A DNA stretch of 64,000 nucleotides from an uncultured delta proteobacterium (GCA_963832165.1 CAWHTE010000004.1:640001-704000), one strand, 5' to 3'. Shown: positions 19,152 through 29,804, counted from the stretch's first letter. The notes: a model not told the origin generated them from the letters alone. Numbers and translations: made by a program.

Positions 19152-19685
19152 ATGGCCGAGCAATCGGGGCCGGGCAACAGCGCCTGGGTGACGAACCGCA
19201 AGAAGCGGCGGATCCCGTGCACGCTCTGGGTGGGCGAGCGCGAGCACAGCGCGCTGATCCTCGACGTGTCGCCGAGCGGGCTGTTCGTCCAGACCCACGC
19301 GAAGACGCAGCGCAGCGAGCGGCTGCACCTGTTCTTCTCGCAGGGCTCGGACATGCTCGAGCTGATCGTCGAAGTCGTGCGCACCAAGAGCGTTCCGCAG
19401 AATCTGCTCGCGGCGACCAAGGGCGGCATCGGCGTGCGGATCGTCTCCGCGCCCGAGGAGTACTACGAGATGCTCACCGCGCTCGGCATCAACGAGCGCA
19501 GCAAGCCCACTTTCGAGCTCGAGCCGGCGCCCGGGCTGCGCTTCCGCGTGCACGTGGCTCAGATCGGCGGACCGCGCTCGCGGCGCGTCGAGCTCTCGGC
19601 GCCCGACGCAGAAGCGGCCGGCGCAGGCGCGCTCAAAGAGATGGGCGAGGGCTGGAAGGTGCTCCGCGTCGACGCGGTCTCGTAG
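19152..19685 (+). CDS. PilZ-domain protein
   Basis: RKKRR (RxxxR) and DVSPSG (DxSxxG) motifs. Confidence 0.75.
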   Translation: MAEQSGPGNSAWVTNRKKRRIPCTLWVGEREHSALILDVSPSGLFVQTHAKTQRSERLHLFFSQGSDMLELIVEVVRTKSVPQNLLAATKGGIGVRIVSAPEEYYEMLTALGINERSKPTFELEPAPGLRFRVHVAQIGGPRSRRVELSAPDAEAAGAGALKEMGEGWKVLRVDAVS

Positions 19686-19738
19686 GGCGGGAGAAGCGAG
19701 CGGAGCGAGCGGATCCCGCCGCGCGCCGAAGGCGCGCC
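19682..19738 (+). repeat. GTAG-type REP-like palindromic element between convergent genes
   Basis: GTAGGGCGGGAGAAGC...GCGGATCCCGCC, then a GCGCGCC-GAA-GGCGCGC hairpin; same ends as the element at 45077. Confidence 0.7.
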
Positions 19739-19753
19739 GCTAGTCCGATTCCG

Positions 19754-21829
19754 CTATTCGCTCAACGCGCGCTCGAAGCGCGACAGCGCCCCCGCGCCGT
19801 CCGCGGCGCGCGTGCCGAAACGCTCGCAGAGATAGGCCTCGGTGAGCTCGGTGAACGCGGCACTCGCGCCCGCAGGCAGATCGACTGCCACCTCGCGCGC
19901 GAACGAGCGCGCGGTGACGCCAACCGATCGCACGTGTCCGCGCCGCGCGAGCAGGCGCAGCGCGCGCGCATAGCTCGGGTGTGCGGCGTTCGCGCGACCG
20001 CGCGTGCGGCGCCGCAGGTGTACGACCACGGTCACGAGCGCGGCGCCCACGCCCAGGCCGATCACCCAGTCGCGGCGCTCCAACGCTGCGCGCCACGCGA
20101 AGGCGGCGGCCGGGCGCGGTGCGGACGTCTCCGACTTGCGTCCATGCCACGCCAGCCACGCGCGCTTGAGCACGTCGATCTGGTCGGAGCGGTCGAAGCC
20201 CACGACGCGCTGGAACCACCAGAGCTCGACCGCGCTCGCGAGGTCCGCCATCCGCTCGCCGAACGAGAGCGGCGACTCGGCGCGCGAGCGCAGATCGGCC
20301 GGCGTGGGGTCGTAGCGCACCCAGCCCGCGCGCTCGTAGTGGATCTCGACCCACGCGTGGGCGTCGCGCTGCGCGACCACGACGAATCCGCCGATCTCGT
20401 TGGTGCGCCCGCCCGCGAAGCCGTTCACGAGCCGCGCGGGCAGACCGACCTCGCGCGCGAGCACCACCATCGCCGAGGCGAAGTACTCGCAGTGCCCCGC
20501 GAGCTCACCGAGCAGGAAGCGCTCGAGCGGCGAGCTGCCGTCGCTGGGCGGCTCGGGCGGCGTGTCGGTGTAGCGCCCGTTCGCGACGAGCCAGCGCTCG
20601 ATCGAGCGCGCGCGCTCCGCGTCGCCGCGCGTTTCCGCCGTGATGCGCGCTGCGAGCGCCGCCACCGCGGGCGAGAGCGGGGCGCGCGCGAGCACGCGGC
20701 TGCCGTTGCGGCGCGGCGCCACGGCGCGGTCGCCCGCGAGCGCGTCGTCGTCGGGCACGGCGCGCAGCGAGCGCACCGTGTAGCGCACGCGCTCCTCGGC
20801 CTGGGTCGCCGCGTAGAGGCCGCCCGAGGTGTCGCGCTCGAGCCGGCGGATCGTGCCCTGCACGCCGCGCGGATCGCCGACCCGGAGCAGCACGCCGCCC
20901 TCGATCGGCTCGCGCACGATCCGCTGCACGAGGTCGTAGCGGTCGGGCTCGAGACCGAGACCGACGCCCCCCTCGGCGCTGCCGGGCACGAGCTCGCGAT
21001 CGGGCGGCGTGATCGACCACGCCTTTCCGTCGAAGGTGTCGAAGGCGAGGCCCCTCCAATACGCGGCACTCGCACCGGGAGGCTTGCCCTCGAGCGTCTC
21101 CACGCGCATCACCATGCTCGGGTCGCTGCGGATCCGCCCGAGCGCGCCGAGCTCCACGCGCTCCGAGAAGCCCGAGGCCGCGAGCGCGCCGCCGAGCAGC
21201 GGGCCCCGCACCACGTTCGCCTGGATTCGCGGCAGCGCCACGAACAGGAACATCGCCACGAGCACCGCGAGCGCCGATGCGACCAGCGTCGTGCGCGCGA
21301 GCCCGGGCGTGAACGCGCGCGAGAGCTCGCGCGCCTGACCGGCCTCGAGCGCCTCGCTGCGCAGCGTGTGCACGAGCAGCGTCCAGACCGTCGCGAACAC
21401 GAACGCCACGAGCAGCGGCGTGAAGAACACGCTGTCGGTCAGGTTCGCGGCGAGCACGACCTGGAACAGCGCCAGCGCCACGAGCAGGAACTCCGTGCGG
21501 CGCGGCCGCGCGTCGAGCAGCTGCAGACCCTGGGTGGTCGCGGCGAAGTTCGCGAGCGCGACGGTCGAGGGCTCGCCGCCGAGCGCCACCCAGGTGGTGC
21601 CCGCCGTGATCGCGAGCATGAGCCCGTTCAAGATCCAAGCGTTGGTCTGCCATGCGAACGGGCTCGTGCGCCGCCACAGCGAGACGACGAGCGCGATCGC
21701 CGCCGCGGCGAGCGCCCACGGCGCGAGCTGCCCGGTGATGCCGAGCGTGGCGGTCGCGACCGAGACGAGCAGCCACGCCGAGGTCGGGCGCGGCTCCTGC
21801 ACCGGGACGCGGAAGGCGCGCCGGCTCAC
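19754..21829 (-). CDS. DUF3488/transglutaminase (TgpA-like) membrane protein
   Basis: N-terminal TM helices; YWRGLAFDTFDG; GHCEYFASAM; DAHAWVEI; YDPTP. Confidence 0.92.
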   Translation of the reverse strand: MSRRAFRVPVQEPRPTSAWLLVSVATATLGITGQLAPWALAAAAIALVVSLWRRTSPFAWQTNAWILNGLMLAITAGTTWVALGGEPSTVALANFAATTQGLQLLDARPRRTEFLLVALALFQVVLAANLTDSVFFTPLLVAFVFATVWTLLVHTLRSEALEAGQARELSRAFTPGLARTTLVASALAVLVAMFLFVALPRIQANVVRGPLLGGALAASGFSERVELGALGRIRSDPSMVMRVETLEGKPPGASAAYWRGLAFDTFDGKAWSITPPDRELVPGSAEGGVGLGLEPDRYDLVQRIVREPIEGGVLLRVGDPRGVQGTIRRLERDTSGGLYAATQAEERVRYTVRSLRAVPDDDALAGDRAVAPRRNGSRVLARAPLSPAVAALAARITAETRGDAERARSIERWLVANGRYTDTPPEPPSDGSSPLERFLLGELAGHCEYFASAMVVLAREVGLPARLVNGFAGGRTNEIGGFVVVAQRDAHAWVEIHYERAGWVRYDPTPADLRSRAESPLSFGERMADLASAVELWWFQRVVGFDRSDQIDVLKRAWLAWHGRKSETSAPRPAAAFAWRAALERRDWVIGLGVGAALVTVVVHLRRRTRGRANAAHPSYARALRLLARRGHVRSVGVTARSFAREVAVDLPAGASAAFTELTEAYLCERFGTRAADGAGALSRFERALSE

Positions 21830-22821
21830 GCGGCTCTCCCCGCGTCGGGCTCGGGCGCCACGCGCGCGAGGAAGCCGAGCAGGCGGGCGCGCTGCTGCGG
21901 TCCGGCGCCGGGCGCGAGGCGGTCGCGGTCGGTGCGCAGGCCCACGCGCAGGCCGCGCTCGAGCAGCGCTGCTGCGTCGGAGGCCGATCCGCGCACGTCG
22001 CGCTCGAAGCCGTCGTCGGCGGGGCGGCCCGCCGTGCGCAGGCGCAGCTCCACCTCGCCCTGGTGCTCGCTCTCGAGATCGCGCACCCAGAGGGCGCGCG
22101 CGCGCAGCGTGGGGCGCCACGCGATGCGTCGGGTCGGGTCGCCGCGCTGGTACTCGCGCACGCCACCGACCTCGGTGCCGCGCCCGCGCGCTCCCGCGAC
22201 GCCGTCGCCCGACTCGCGCGCGGTGCCGAAGTCGGGCGGAATCGACACGGGATCGACCGCGGGATAGACGAGGGCGTGCTCGCGCACCTCGAACGTGCGC
22301 GACTTCGAGAACAGGCCGAACGGGAAGCGCGTGGAGACCACGAAGCCCGCGAACGCGAGCTGGCCGCGCCGCTCGGGGCGCAGCCGGTAGCTGCGCGTCT
22401 CGGCGGCGCCCGGCGTCACGCGCAGCGCAAAGCACCGCCCGGCCGCGCGCTCGCGCCCCGCGTCGTCGATCCAGCGATCCTCGACGACGAGCGCGTAGGC
22501 GACCACGCGGCGCTGGAGGTTGTGGATCTCGACGCCGACCCACGCGTCGCGGTCGGCATAGAGCTCGCGCGGCACGCGGCGGCGCAACGCGATGCCGCGC
22601 AGCGCGGACTCGGAGAGCACGCCCGACAGCACCAGGAACGCGAGCATCAGCGAGAGCACGAGGTAGAGCAGGTTGTTGCCCGTGTTCAGCGCCGCGAACC
22701 CGACGCCGAACGTGAGCGCGAAGAAGCTCCAGCCCGCGCGCGTGGGCCGCAGCTGGCGCGGCGGACGCAGCCAGCGCAGCGCGCCCGAGAAGTGAGCGCG
22801 CGGAAAGCGCCGGCGCTGCAC
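21826..22821 (-). CDS. DUF58 domain protein
   Basis: AALNTGNNLLY, STRFPFGLF, REYQRGDPTRRIAW. Confidence 0.9.
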   Translation of the reverse strand: MQRRRFPRAHFSGALRWLRPPRQLRPTRAGWSFFALTFGVGFAALNTGNNLLYLVLSLMLAFLVLSGVLSESALRGIALRRRVPRELYADRDAWVGVEIHNLQRRVVAYALVVEDRWIDDAGRERAAGRCFALRVTPGAAETRSYRLRPERRGQLAFAGFVVSTRFPFGLFSKSRTFEVREHALVYPAVDPVSIPPDFGTARESGDGVAGARGRGTEVGGVREYQRGDPTRRIAWRPTLRARALWVRDLESEHQGEVELRLRTAGRPADDGFERDVRGSASDAAALLERGLRVGLRTDRDRLAPGAGPQQRARLLGFLARVAPEPDAGRAA

Positions 22822-22826
22822 CGCGA

Positions 22827-23828
22827 TCAGAGCGGAACGCTGGTCCGGTCCAGGATCTCGCGCAGCAGGCACGCGCTCTCCTCCGCGCCGGCTCGATATC
22901 CCGCGCGAACGTCGAGGGCGATCCGGTGGGCGAGCACGTCGATCGCGAGCTCCTGAACGTCCTCGGGAATGCAGTAGTCGCGGCCGTCGAGCAGCGCGCG
23001 CGCCTGCGAGGCGCGGCGCAGCGCGATCGCGCCGCGCGGCGAGACGCCGACCGCGATCGCCTCGTGGTCGCGCGTGGCCGCGACGATCTCGAGCACGTAG
23101 GAGACGAGCGCGTCGTCGAACTTGATGCTCTCCGCGACGCGCTGCAGCGCGAGCACGTCGCTCGCGGCGATCACGGGCGAAAGGCGCGGCAGCGAGCTGG
23201 CCGCGGGGTCGTCGCGCAACACGGCCGCCTCGTCGGCGGGCTCGGGATAGCCGATTCCGCGGCGGACCATGAAGCGATCGAGCTGCGACTCGGGCAGCGG
23301 GTGCGTGCCGTGGTGATCGAGCGGATTCTGCGTGGCCACCACGAAGAACGGCTCGGGCAGGGGATGTGTCACGCCATCGACCGTCACCGCGCGCTCGGCC
23401 ATCGCCTCGAGCAGCGCCGACTGCACCTTCGGGCTCGCGCGGTTGATCTCGTCCGCGAGCACCACGTGGGCGAACAGCGGACCGGGCTGGAAGCGGAACG
23501 CGCCGGTCGGGAGTCCGGCGTGGGTCTCGGGCAGGGAGCTGCCGATCAGGTCGCCCGGCAGGAGGTCGCTCGTGAACTGGATGCGCCGGAACGAAGCGTC
23601 GATGCAGCGCGCGAGCGCTTGGGCCAGCGTGGTCTTGCCGACTCCGGGCACGTCCTCGAGCAGGAGATGGCCGCCCGCGATCAGCGTCTCCACCGACCGC
23701 CGCACCACCTCGGGCTTGCCGCGCAGCGCCTGTCCCACGGCATCGCAGAGCCGCTGTACCTGCGCGCACGCCGCTTCGAGCGAGAGCGGTCGCGCGACGC
23801 CGCCTTCCTGCGCGGATTGCGTGGCCAC
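22827..23828 (-). CDS. moxR: MoxR family AAA+ ATPase
   Basis: LLEDVPGVGKT, RIQFTSDLLP, LADEINRA, ATQNP, LPESQLDRF. Confidence 0.95.
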   Translation of the reverse strand: MATQSAQEGGVARPLSLEAACAQVQRLCDAVGQALRGKPEVVRRSVETLIAGGHLLLEDVPGVGKTTLAQALARCIDASFRRIQFTSDLLPGDLIGSSLPETHAGLPTGAFRFQPGPLFAHVVLADEINRASPKVQSALLEAMAERAVTVDGVTHPLPEPFFVVATQNPLDHHGTHPLPESQLDRFMVRRGIGYPEPADEAAVLRDDPAASSLPRLSPVIAASDVLALQRVAESIKFDDALVSYVLEIVAATRDHEAIAVGVSPRGAIALRRASQARALLDGRDYCIPEDVQELAIDVLAHRIALDVRAGYRAGAEESACLLREILDRTSVPL

Positions 23829-23863
23829 GGCTCCGTTTCGGCCGGATCGAGCCGGAGCTGGAG

Positions 23864-24907
23864 CTACCGCGAGGGGTCCCCGATCAGGGCGGTACGCGGG
23901 TCGTCGGACTCCGCGGCGAGCTGCACGCGGGCCAGGAACGCGCGCAGGTCGCCGCCCAGGGAGGCGAGCAGCGCCACGAGCTGGGCGGTATCGGCGTGGT
24001 ACGTGCCCGAGATCGCGAGGCAGGCGTCGCCGAGCGGGAGATCGGCGGCAATCGCGGCCATGTCGCGCCCGGAAAGCTCGAGGACCGCGATGCGCGCGCG
24101 CGCCTCGGCCTCGAGCGCGGCGCGGCGCTCCGCGCGCGCGGGACCCGGGGGATCGGAGGCGTAGAGCCCTTCGACCGCGCGGCGCAGCGAGAGGATCTCC
24201 GCGCGCAGACGCCGCAGCTGGTCGACCGTGCGGCGCTCGCGATCCGCCGCCGCCGCCCCGTCGCGCTCGGCGTAGAAGCGCACGCGCGCCTCCTGCCCGT
24301 AGAACGCCGCGACGCCCTCGTTGAACTCGGGATCGCCCGGCACGAACACTGTCGCGTGCAGGAGCTCGTGGAACAGCGTCTCCACGAGCGTGCCCTCGTC
24401 CTGGCGCAGCATCGGACCCGTGAGCGGGTCGTCGAACCAGCCGAGCGTCGAGTACGCGCGCACCGGCTGCTCGCACACGTCGAGATCCTGGCTGCGCAGG
24501 CGCTCGGCCTCGGCCGCTGCGCTCTCGGCGTCGAAGTAGCCGCGGTAGGGCACGCTGCCCACGATCGGGAACCAGCTCGTCACGGGCTCCACCTCGCCCG
24601 GGCGCGCGGCCACGACGGTCGTCACGATGAAGTCGCCCGGCCACGGCGCGTACTCGGTGTAGTGGTCTCCGACCTCGAGCCCGAGCCCCTGCGCGAACGC
24701 TCGCACCTCGGCGACGCGCTCGAACTGCGCGCGCAGCTCCGGCGGCGTGCCGGGATCGCGGAGGAGCCGCTCGACGGGCTCGCGCGCGCAGAGCAGGCGC
24801 ATCTGACCGCGCGCGAGGTGGCCCAGGTAGCATCCGCTCGTGGCGAGCGAGAGCGACAGCAGCGCGGCGAGCGCGAAGCGCGGGGACGACGAGCGCTTCG
24901 CCTGCAT
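23864..24907 (-). CDS. Putative zinc aminopeptidase lipoprotein
   Basis: Lipobox TSGC; FPIVGSVPYRGYF; AYSTLGWFDDP; HELLH..FNEG. Confidence 0.88.
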   Translation of the reverse strand: MQAKRSSSPRFALAALLSLSLATSGCYLGHLARGQMRLLCAREPVERLLRDPGTPPELRAQFERVAEVRAFAQGLGLEVGDHYTEYAPWPGDFIVTTVVAARPGEVEPVTSWFPIVGSVPYRGYFDAESAAAEAERLRSQDLDVCEQPVRAYSTLGWFDDPLTGPMLRQDEGTLVETLFHELLHATVFVPGDPEFNEGVAAFYGQEARVRFYAERDGAAAADRERRTVDQLRRLRAEILSLRRAVEGLYASDPPGPARAERRAALEAEARARIAVLELSGRDMAAIAADLPLGDACLAISGTYHADTAQLVALLASLGGDLRAFLARVQLAAESDDPRTALIGDPSR

Positions 24908-25772
24908 CACCGCGCGCGCGGTCGACGTCGCAGCCGCCGAGCACGCGCTCGCCGAGGCGCTCGCGGCGGGTGCAATCGGAGCGGAGCAGCGCGAGGCGGG
25001 GGAGGTCACGCTGCTCGTCTACGCGCCGGCGTCCGAGTCGGGCGCGGTCGCGTGCGCGCTCGCGCGCGTGCTCGGGCCCGAGACCGTCTCGGCACCCGAG
25101 GCGGTCGAGGCGGTCGACTGGTCGGAAGCCTGGAAGGCGGGCCTGCGGCCGATCGAGGTCTCCGAGCGGCTGCGCATCCGCACCTCGTTCGAGTCGAGCC
25201 CTGCGCGCGCGGGCCAGCGCGATCTCGTGATCGATCCGGGCCAGGCGTTCGGCACGGGCGGCCACGAGTCGACGCAGCTCGCGCTCGCGTGGATCGACGC
25301 GCTGCGCGGCGAGCTCGGCGCGCCGCCGGGCATCCTCGACGTCGGCACGGGCAGCGGGGTGCTCGCGCTCGCCGCGCTGGCGCTAGGCGCTCCGCGCGCG
25401 CTCGCCTTCGACGTGGATCCGCTCGCGACCGCGGCAGCGCGCGACAACGCGCGCGCGAACGGGCTCGCAGCAGGGCTCGAGCTGTTCACGGGCCCGCTCG
25501 ACGCGCTCGCGCGCGGCGCGCGCTTCGCGGGTATCGCGGCGAACCTGCTCAGCCGCGAGCTCGACCCGCTCTTCGAAGCGCTCGCGTCGCATCTGCAGCC
25601 CGGGGGTTGGATCGTGATCTCGGGCCTGCTCGAGACCGAGCGCGAGCGCTGGTGCGAGCGCGCCGAGCGCGCCCGGCTCGCGGTCGCGGGCGAGCGCCGT
25701 GAGATCGACGCGAGCGGCACCGGGTGGATCGGGCTGCTCATGCGGCACTCGCCTCCTCGAGCAGGCGTCTGA
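24840..25772 (+). CDS. prmA: 50S ribosomal protein L11 methyltransferase
   Basis: IDPGQAFGTGGHESTQL, LDVGTGSGVLA, ANLL, ISGLL; start approximate. Confidence 0.9.
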   Translation: MASESDSSAASAKRGDDERFACITARAVDVAAAEHALAEALAAGAIGAEQREAGEVTLLVYAPASESGAVACALARVLGPETVSAPEAVEAVDWSEAWKAGLRPIEVSERLRIRTSFESSPARAGQRDLVIDPGQAFGTGGHESTQLALAWIDALRGELGAPPGILDVGTGSGVLALAALALGAPRALAFDVDPLATAAARDNARANGLAAGLELFTGPLDALARGARFAGIAANLLSRELDPLFEALASHLQPGGWIVISGLLETERERWCERAERARLAVAGERREIDASGTGWIGLLMRHSPPRAGV

Positions 25773-26623
25773 GCGTCTCGCGCCAGGGCACGCGCGGCTC
25801 CCAGCCGGTCGTGCTGCGCAGCCAGGTCGCATCGCCGACCGACGCATCGGTGGGGCGCACGCGCTCGGGATCCACCTCGATCTCGCACTTCACTCCCGCG
25901 AGCTCGAGTCAGCGCCTCGAGCAGATCGGCGATCCGGCATGGGATCCCGCTCGCCACGTTGTAGGCCGCTGCAGGCACGGCGCGCTCGAGCAGGCGCTGA
26001 TAGGCGTCGACCACGTCTTCGACGTCGAGGAAGTCCCGCACCGACTCGAGATTGCCGACCACGAGTCGCGGCGCGCTGCGGCCTGCTGCGATCGCGGCGA
26101 TCTGGCGCGCGAAGGCGGGGGCCACGAAATGGGGCGCCTGGCCCGGGCCGGTGTGATTGAACGGGCGCACGCGCACGAGGTCGAGGCCGCGCTCCGCATA
26201 ATGGGCACCGAGCAGGTCCGCGCATGCCTTCGTGCGCGCGTAGGGCGAGCGCGGCGCGAGCGGATCGCTCTCGCGAAACGGCGCAGCGCCCACGCCGCTG
26301 TTCCCGTACACCTCTGCCGAGGTCACGAGCAGCACGCGTGCGGCGGGTGCCTCGCAGAGTGCCGCCTCCAGTACCGAGCGGGTGCCGAAGTAGTTCACGC
26401 GCGCGGCGATCTCGGGCTCGCGCAGCGACTGCGCGGGCGAGCTCATCGCGGCGAGGTGCACGATCGCGTCGACGCGCGCGGAGGCGAGACTGCGCGCGAT
26501 GCGCGGCGCGTCGGTGATCCCGATCTCGCGATCGACGCCGATCACCGTGTGTCCGGCGTCGACCAGGCGCGCGACGAGCCGGCGTCCCACGAAGCCGGCC
26601 GCGCCGGTGATCCAGATGCGCAC
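25738..26623 (-). CDS. GDP-mannose dehydratase/reductase-like NAD-dependent epimerase (one frameshift near 25905)
   Basis: ITGAAGFVG, SAEVYG, YARTK, RPFNHTGPGQ, RDFLDV; the C-terminus (EVDPERVRPTD..GWEPRVP) lies in another frame. Confidence 0.8.
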
Positions 26624-26713
26624 AGTGCGAGCCTGCCAGAGCGCGCGCCGGGTCGCCATCGTGCGAGCGCGGCCCGGTCGGGCTGATATGCTGGCCGCCT
26701 CCGCGGAGGTCCG

Positions 26714-27493
26714 ATGTCCCGACTCACCCGACTCTCGCGCTCGATCGCGGGCCGCACGGCTCTCGTGACCGGCGCCGCGAGCGGCATGGGGCGCGCCACG
26801 GCGCATCTGTTCGCGGACGAGGGCGCGCGCGTGGCCGCGGCGGATCGCGATGCGGTGGGCGTGGCGCGCGTGGTCGACGAGATCAAGAGCGCGGGCGGCA
26901 CCGCTGCGGCGTTTCCGGTCGACGTGGCCGATCCCGCACAGCTCGTCGCGCTCGCGCGCGATGTGCGCGAGCAGCTCGGTCCCATCGACATCCTCGTCAA
27001 CAACGCCGGGATCTCGTTCGTCTCGCCGATCGATTCGGCGGATTACGCCGAGCACTGGGAGCGCACGATCGCGGTGAACCTGCGCGCGTACGCCCTGCTG
27101 ATCCGCGCGTGTCTCGACCAGCTGCTGCGCAACGGCGAGGGCCGGATCGTCAACATCGCCTCGACCGAAGGGCTCGGCGCAACCGCATTCATCAGCCCGT
27201 ACACCGCGAGCAAGCACGGCGTGGTCGGCCTCACGCGCTCGCTCGCGGTCGAGCTCGCCGCGAAGGGCGTTACCGTGAACTGCATCTGCCCGGGCCCGAT
27301 CCACACGGGCATGACCGCGAGCATCCCCGACGAGTCGAAGCAGAAGTTCGCGCGGCGTCGCGTACCCGCGCGGCGCTATGGCGACCCCGAAGAGGTGGCG
27401 CAGATGACGCTCTCGCTCGTGCTGCCCGCAGCGTCGTACGTGAACGGCGCGATCATACCGGTCGACGGCGGTCTGATCGTGCAAAATACCTGA
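26714..27493 (+). CDS. Short-chain dehydrogenase/reductase
   Basis: TGAASGMG, NNAG, YTASK. Confidence 0.92.
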   Translation: MSRLTRLSRSIAGRTALVTGAASGMGRATAHLFADEGARVAAADRDAVGVARVVDEIKSAGGTAAAFPVDVADPAQLVALARDVREQLGPIDILVNNAGISFVSPIDSADYAEHWERTIAVNLRAYALLIRACLDQLLRNGEGRIVNIASTEGLGATAFISPYTASKHGVVGLTRSLAVELAAKGVTVNCICPGPIHTGMTASIPDESKQKFARRRVPARRYGDPEEVAQMTLSLVLPAASYVNGAIIPVDGGLIVQNT

Positions 27494-27507
27494 TCGGCGG
27501 AGACCCG

Positions 27508-28314
27508 ATGCCCGATCTGATCTTCGAGAAACGCGCGGGGATCGCCTATCTCACGTTCAATCGCCCCGAGCGCCGGAACGCGATCAGCCCGCAGATGATG
27601 CTCCAGCTCGCGGACGCGTGGCTCGAGTTCCGCGACGACCCGGCGCTGCGCGTGGCGATCCTGACCGGCACCGGCGACCAGGCGTTCTGCGTCGGCGGCG
27701 ACCTCCAGCTCCTGATGCCGCTGTTCACGGGCGCGCGACCGCCCGCGGACGAATGGGATGCACGTCTCATGTCGAACCTCGATCGCGTCCCGATCGCGCT
27801 GTTGAAGCCCTTCGAGCTCTACAAGCCGATCATCGCGGCCGTGAACGGCTATGCGCTCGCCGGGGGCTGCGAGATCCTCTCGGCCACGGATATCAGGATC
27901 GCCTCGCGCACCGCGAGCTTCGGGCTGTCGGAGGCGCAGCGGGGACTCGTGCCCGGCGGTGGCTCGATGGTGCGGCTCGCGCGCCAGGTCCCGCACTGCA
28001 AGGCGATGGAGATCCTGCTGCTCGGCGAGCGCATGCCCGCCGAGGAGGCGTACCGGATCGGTCTCGTGAACGAAGTGGTCGAGCCGGAGCGCGTGATGCC
28101 GCGCGCGGAGGAGCTCGCGGCGCGGCTCGCGCGCAACGGGCCGCTCGCGCTGCGCAAGATCAAGGAGGCGGTGCTGCGCACGAGCGGTGAGCCACTCGCG
28201 CGCGCCTACGAGATCGAGAACGAGTGCTCTGCGGTCGTGATGGCCTCGAAGGACGCGCGCGAGGGTCCGCGCGCGTTCATGGAGAAGCGCGAGCCCGTCT
28301 TCACGGGCGAGTGA
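27508..28314 (+). CDS. Enoyl-CoA hydratase/isomerase
   Basis: NRPERRNA, AFCVGGDL, KPIIAAVNGYALAGG, EGPRAFMEKR. Confidence 0.92.
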   Translation: MPDLIFEKRAGIAYLTFNRPERRNAISPQMMLQLADAWLEFRDDPALRVAILTGTGDQAFCVGGDLQLLMPLFTGARPPADEWDARLMSNLDRVPIALLKPFELYKPIIAAVNGYALAGGCEILSATDIRIASRTASFGLSEAQRGLVPGGGSMVRLARQVPHCKAMEILLLGERMPAEEAYRIGLVNEVVEPERVMPRAEELAARLARNGPLALRKIKEAVLRTSGEPLARAYEIENECSAVVMASKDAREGPRAFMEKREPVFTGE

Positions 28315-28318
28315 GGGA

Positions 28319-29194
28319 TCAGCGCCGGAGACGCGCCGTTGCGCGCGTCTCCTCGTCCTCATGGGCGGATCGCGCCGTCGCGCCGCGCAGGAGCAGCGAC
28401 TGCTGGGCGAAGCCGAGCGCGCCCTCCACGTCCGCGAGGCTCGCGCGCCCGAGGCCCGCGCCGTCGGGGCCGTAGCACACCTCGGCGTCGAGCCCGATCC
28501 ACTCGCCGACGGGTGCGCGGTGCAGCTGGAGCGAGGTATCGACGTTGATCGCCACGAACGGCTCCTGATCGAAGCGCGCGCCGCGCTGCACGTCGCGCAC
28601 GATCGGCAGGCTGTACACCATGTCGGAGAGCGTCGCGGCCGATACGAACGGACTCGTGCGCTCACCCGCGACGAGCGGCACGCGCAGGCGCAGCCACGCG
28701 GCCGGGCGCACGAAGCCGTCGACCGGGCGCAGCTCGATCGCGTTCACGAAGTCGGACGGATCTTCCCCGGCCGAGGGCGCACCGAGCCAGCGCACGGCGG
28801 GCGAAGCGTCCTCGAGCGCGCCGGTCGCGCACGGCTGGCGGTCGGGCGGAGCCGACACGTCCTCGACGCGCAGGCGCAGCGCCGTCGCGCGCGCCGCGAC
28901 GCCGTCACCCGCGTGGAGCTCGGCCTCGAGCCACTCCGCGGACTTGCCCTCGCGCACGGTTCGCACGCGCAGCGTGACAGGTGCGAACGGCGCCGCGCGC
29001 CAGAGGTCGCACGTGAAGCGCACGATCTGCATCGGCTTCGCCGCGGGATGCTGCTCGATCGCGCGCGCGAGCAGGCCCTGCACGGGCCCGCCGTGCTGCG
29101 AGTCGACGTGCCACGGCCCGCGTGCGAGCCGCGTCGGGACCAGACACTCGCCATCCTGCTGATAGAGCGCACCGGAGATGACTGCTTCGCCCAC
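28319..29194 (-). CDS. Thioesterase family (double hot-dog) protein
   Basis: RGPWHVDSQHGGP, VREGK, INVDTSLQLHR. Confidence 0.82.
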   Translation of the reverse strand: MGEAVISGALYQQDGECLVPTRLARGPWHVDSQHGGPVQGLLARAIEQHPAAKPMQIVRFTCDLWRAAPFAPVTLRVRTVREGKSAEWLEAELHAGDGVAARATALRLRVEDVSAPPDRQPCATGALEDASPAVRWLGAPSAGEDPSDFVNAIELRPVDGFVRPAAWLRLRVPLVAGERTSPFVSAATLSDMVYSLPIVRDVQRGARFDQEPFVAINVDTSLQLHRAPVGEWIGLDAEVCYGPDGAGLGRASLADVEGALGFAQQSLLLRGATARSAHEDEETRATARLRR

Positions 29195-29247
29195 GGATGT
29201 CCTCGCATCGGGGAAGCTAGTTGCTTGTGCGTCGCTCGGCTACGCTC

Positions 29248-29703
29248 TCACTCGAACAGGAACCGGCTGACGGTCTCGGCGACGCAGGCGGGTTTCGCAT
29301 GACCCTCGATCTCGATCGTCATGCGCACCACGACGTCTACGCCGCCTTGCACGGTGTGGACGGCCACGAGATCGCCGAGCGCGCGTACGCGCGAGCCGGC
29401 CGGCACCGGCGCCGGGAATCGCACCTTGTGGCAGCCCGTGTTGATCGCGACGGCGTTCTTCACCGCGATCAGCTGCGGCAGCAGCGCGTTGACGAGCGAT
29501 AGCGTGAGGTAGCCGTGCGCGATCGTGCTCGCGAACGGACCTGCCTGCGCGCGCGCGACGTCGACGTGGATCCACTGGTGGTCGTCGGTCGCGTCGGCGA
29601 AGTGATCAATGCGCTGCTGATCGACGTGCAGCCAGTCGCTCACGCCGAGGCTCTTGCCGACGGCCTCCGCGAGCTGCTGCGCGCTGTGGAATTGCTGGGG
29701 CAT
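29248..29703 (-). CDS. MaoC family dehydratase
   Basis: FADATDDHQWIHVD, TIAHGYLTLSL, KVRFPAPV. Confidence 0.9.
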   Translation of the reverse strand: MPQQFHSAQQLAEAVGKSLGVSDWLHVDQQRIDHFADATDDHQWIHVDVARAQAGPFASTIAHGYLTLSLVNALLPQLIAVKNAVAINTGCHKVRFPAPVPAGSRVRALGDLVAVHTVQGGVDVVVRMTIEIEGHAKPACVAETVSRFLFE

Positions 29704-29804
29704 GCGATCTCCGCGGCGGAGAGTAGGGGGCCGCGCGTTCGCTTGCAGGGCCGGCTTCGATCGGACACGATCGGACCCCTCCCGACCGCTGACGAGGTAC
29801 ATCG

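Noticed and set aside
19100..22267. 1055-aa plus-strand ORF and similar long Arg/Ala-rich ORFs (e.g. 37596-40301 minus, 44957-46777 plus)
   Set aside because: They are antisense or off-frame shadows of well-supported genes, as expected at this GC content.
19754..23828. MoxR-DUF58-transglutaminase cluster as a novel system
   Set aside because: This is a widespread, well-known gene triad.
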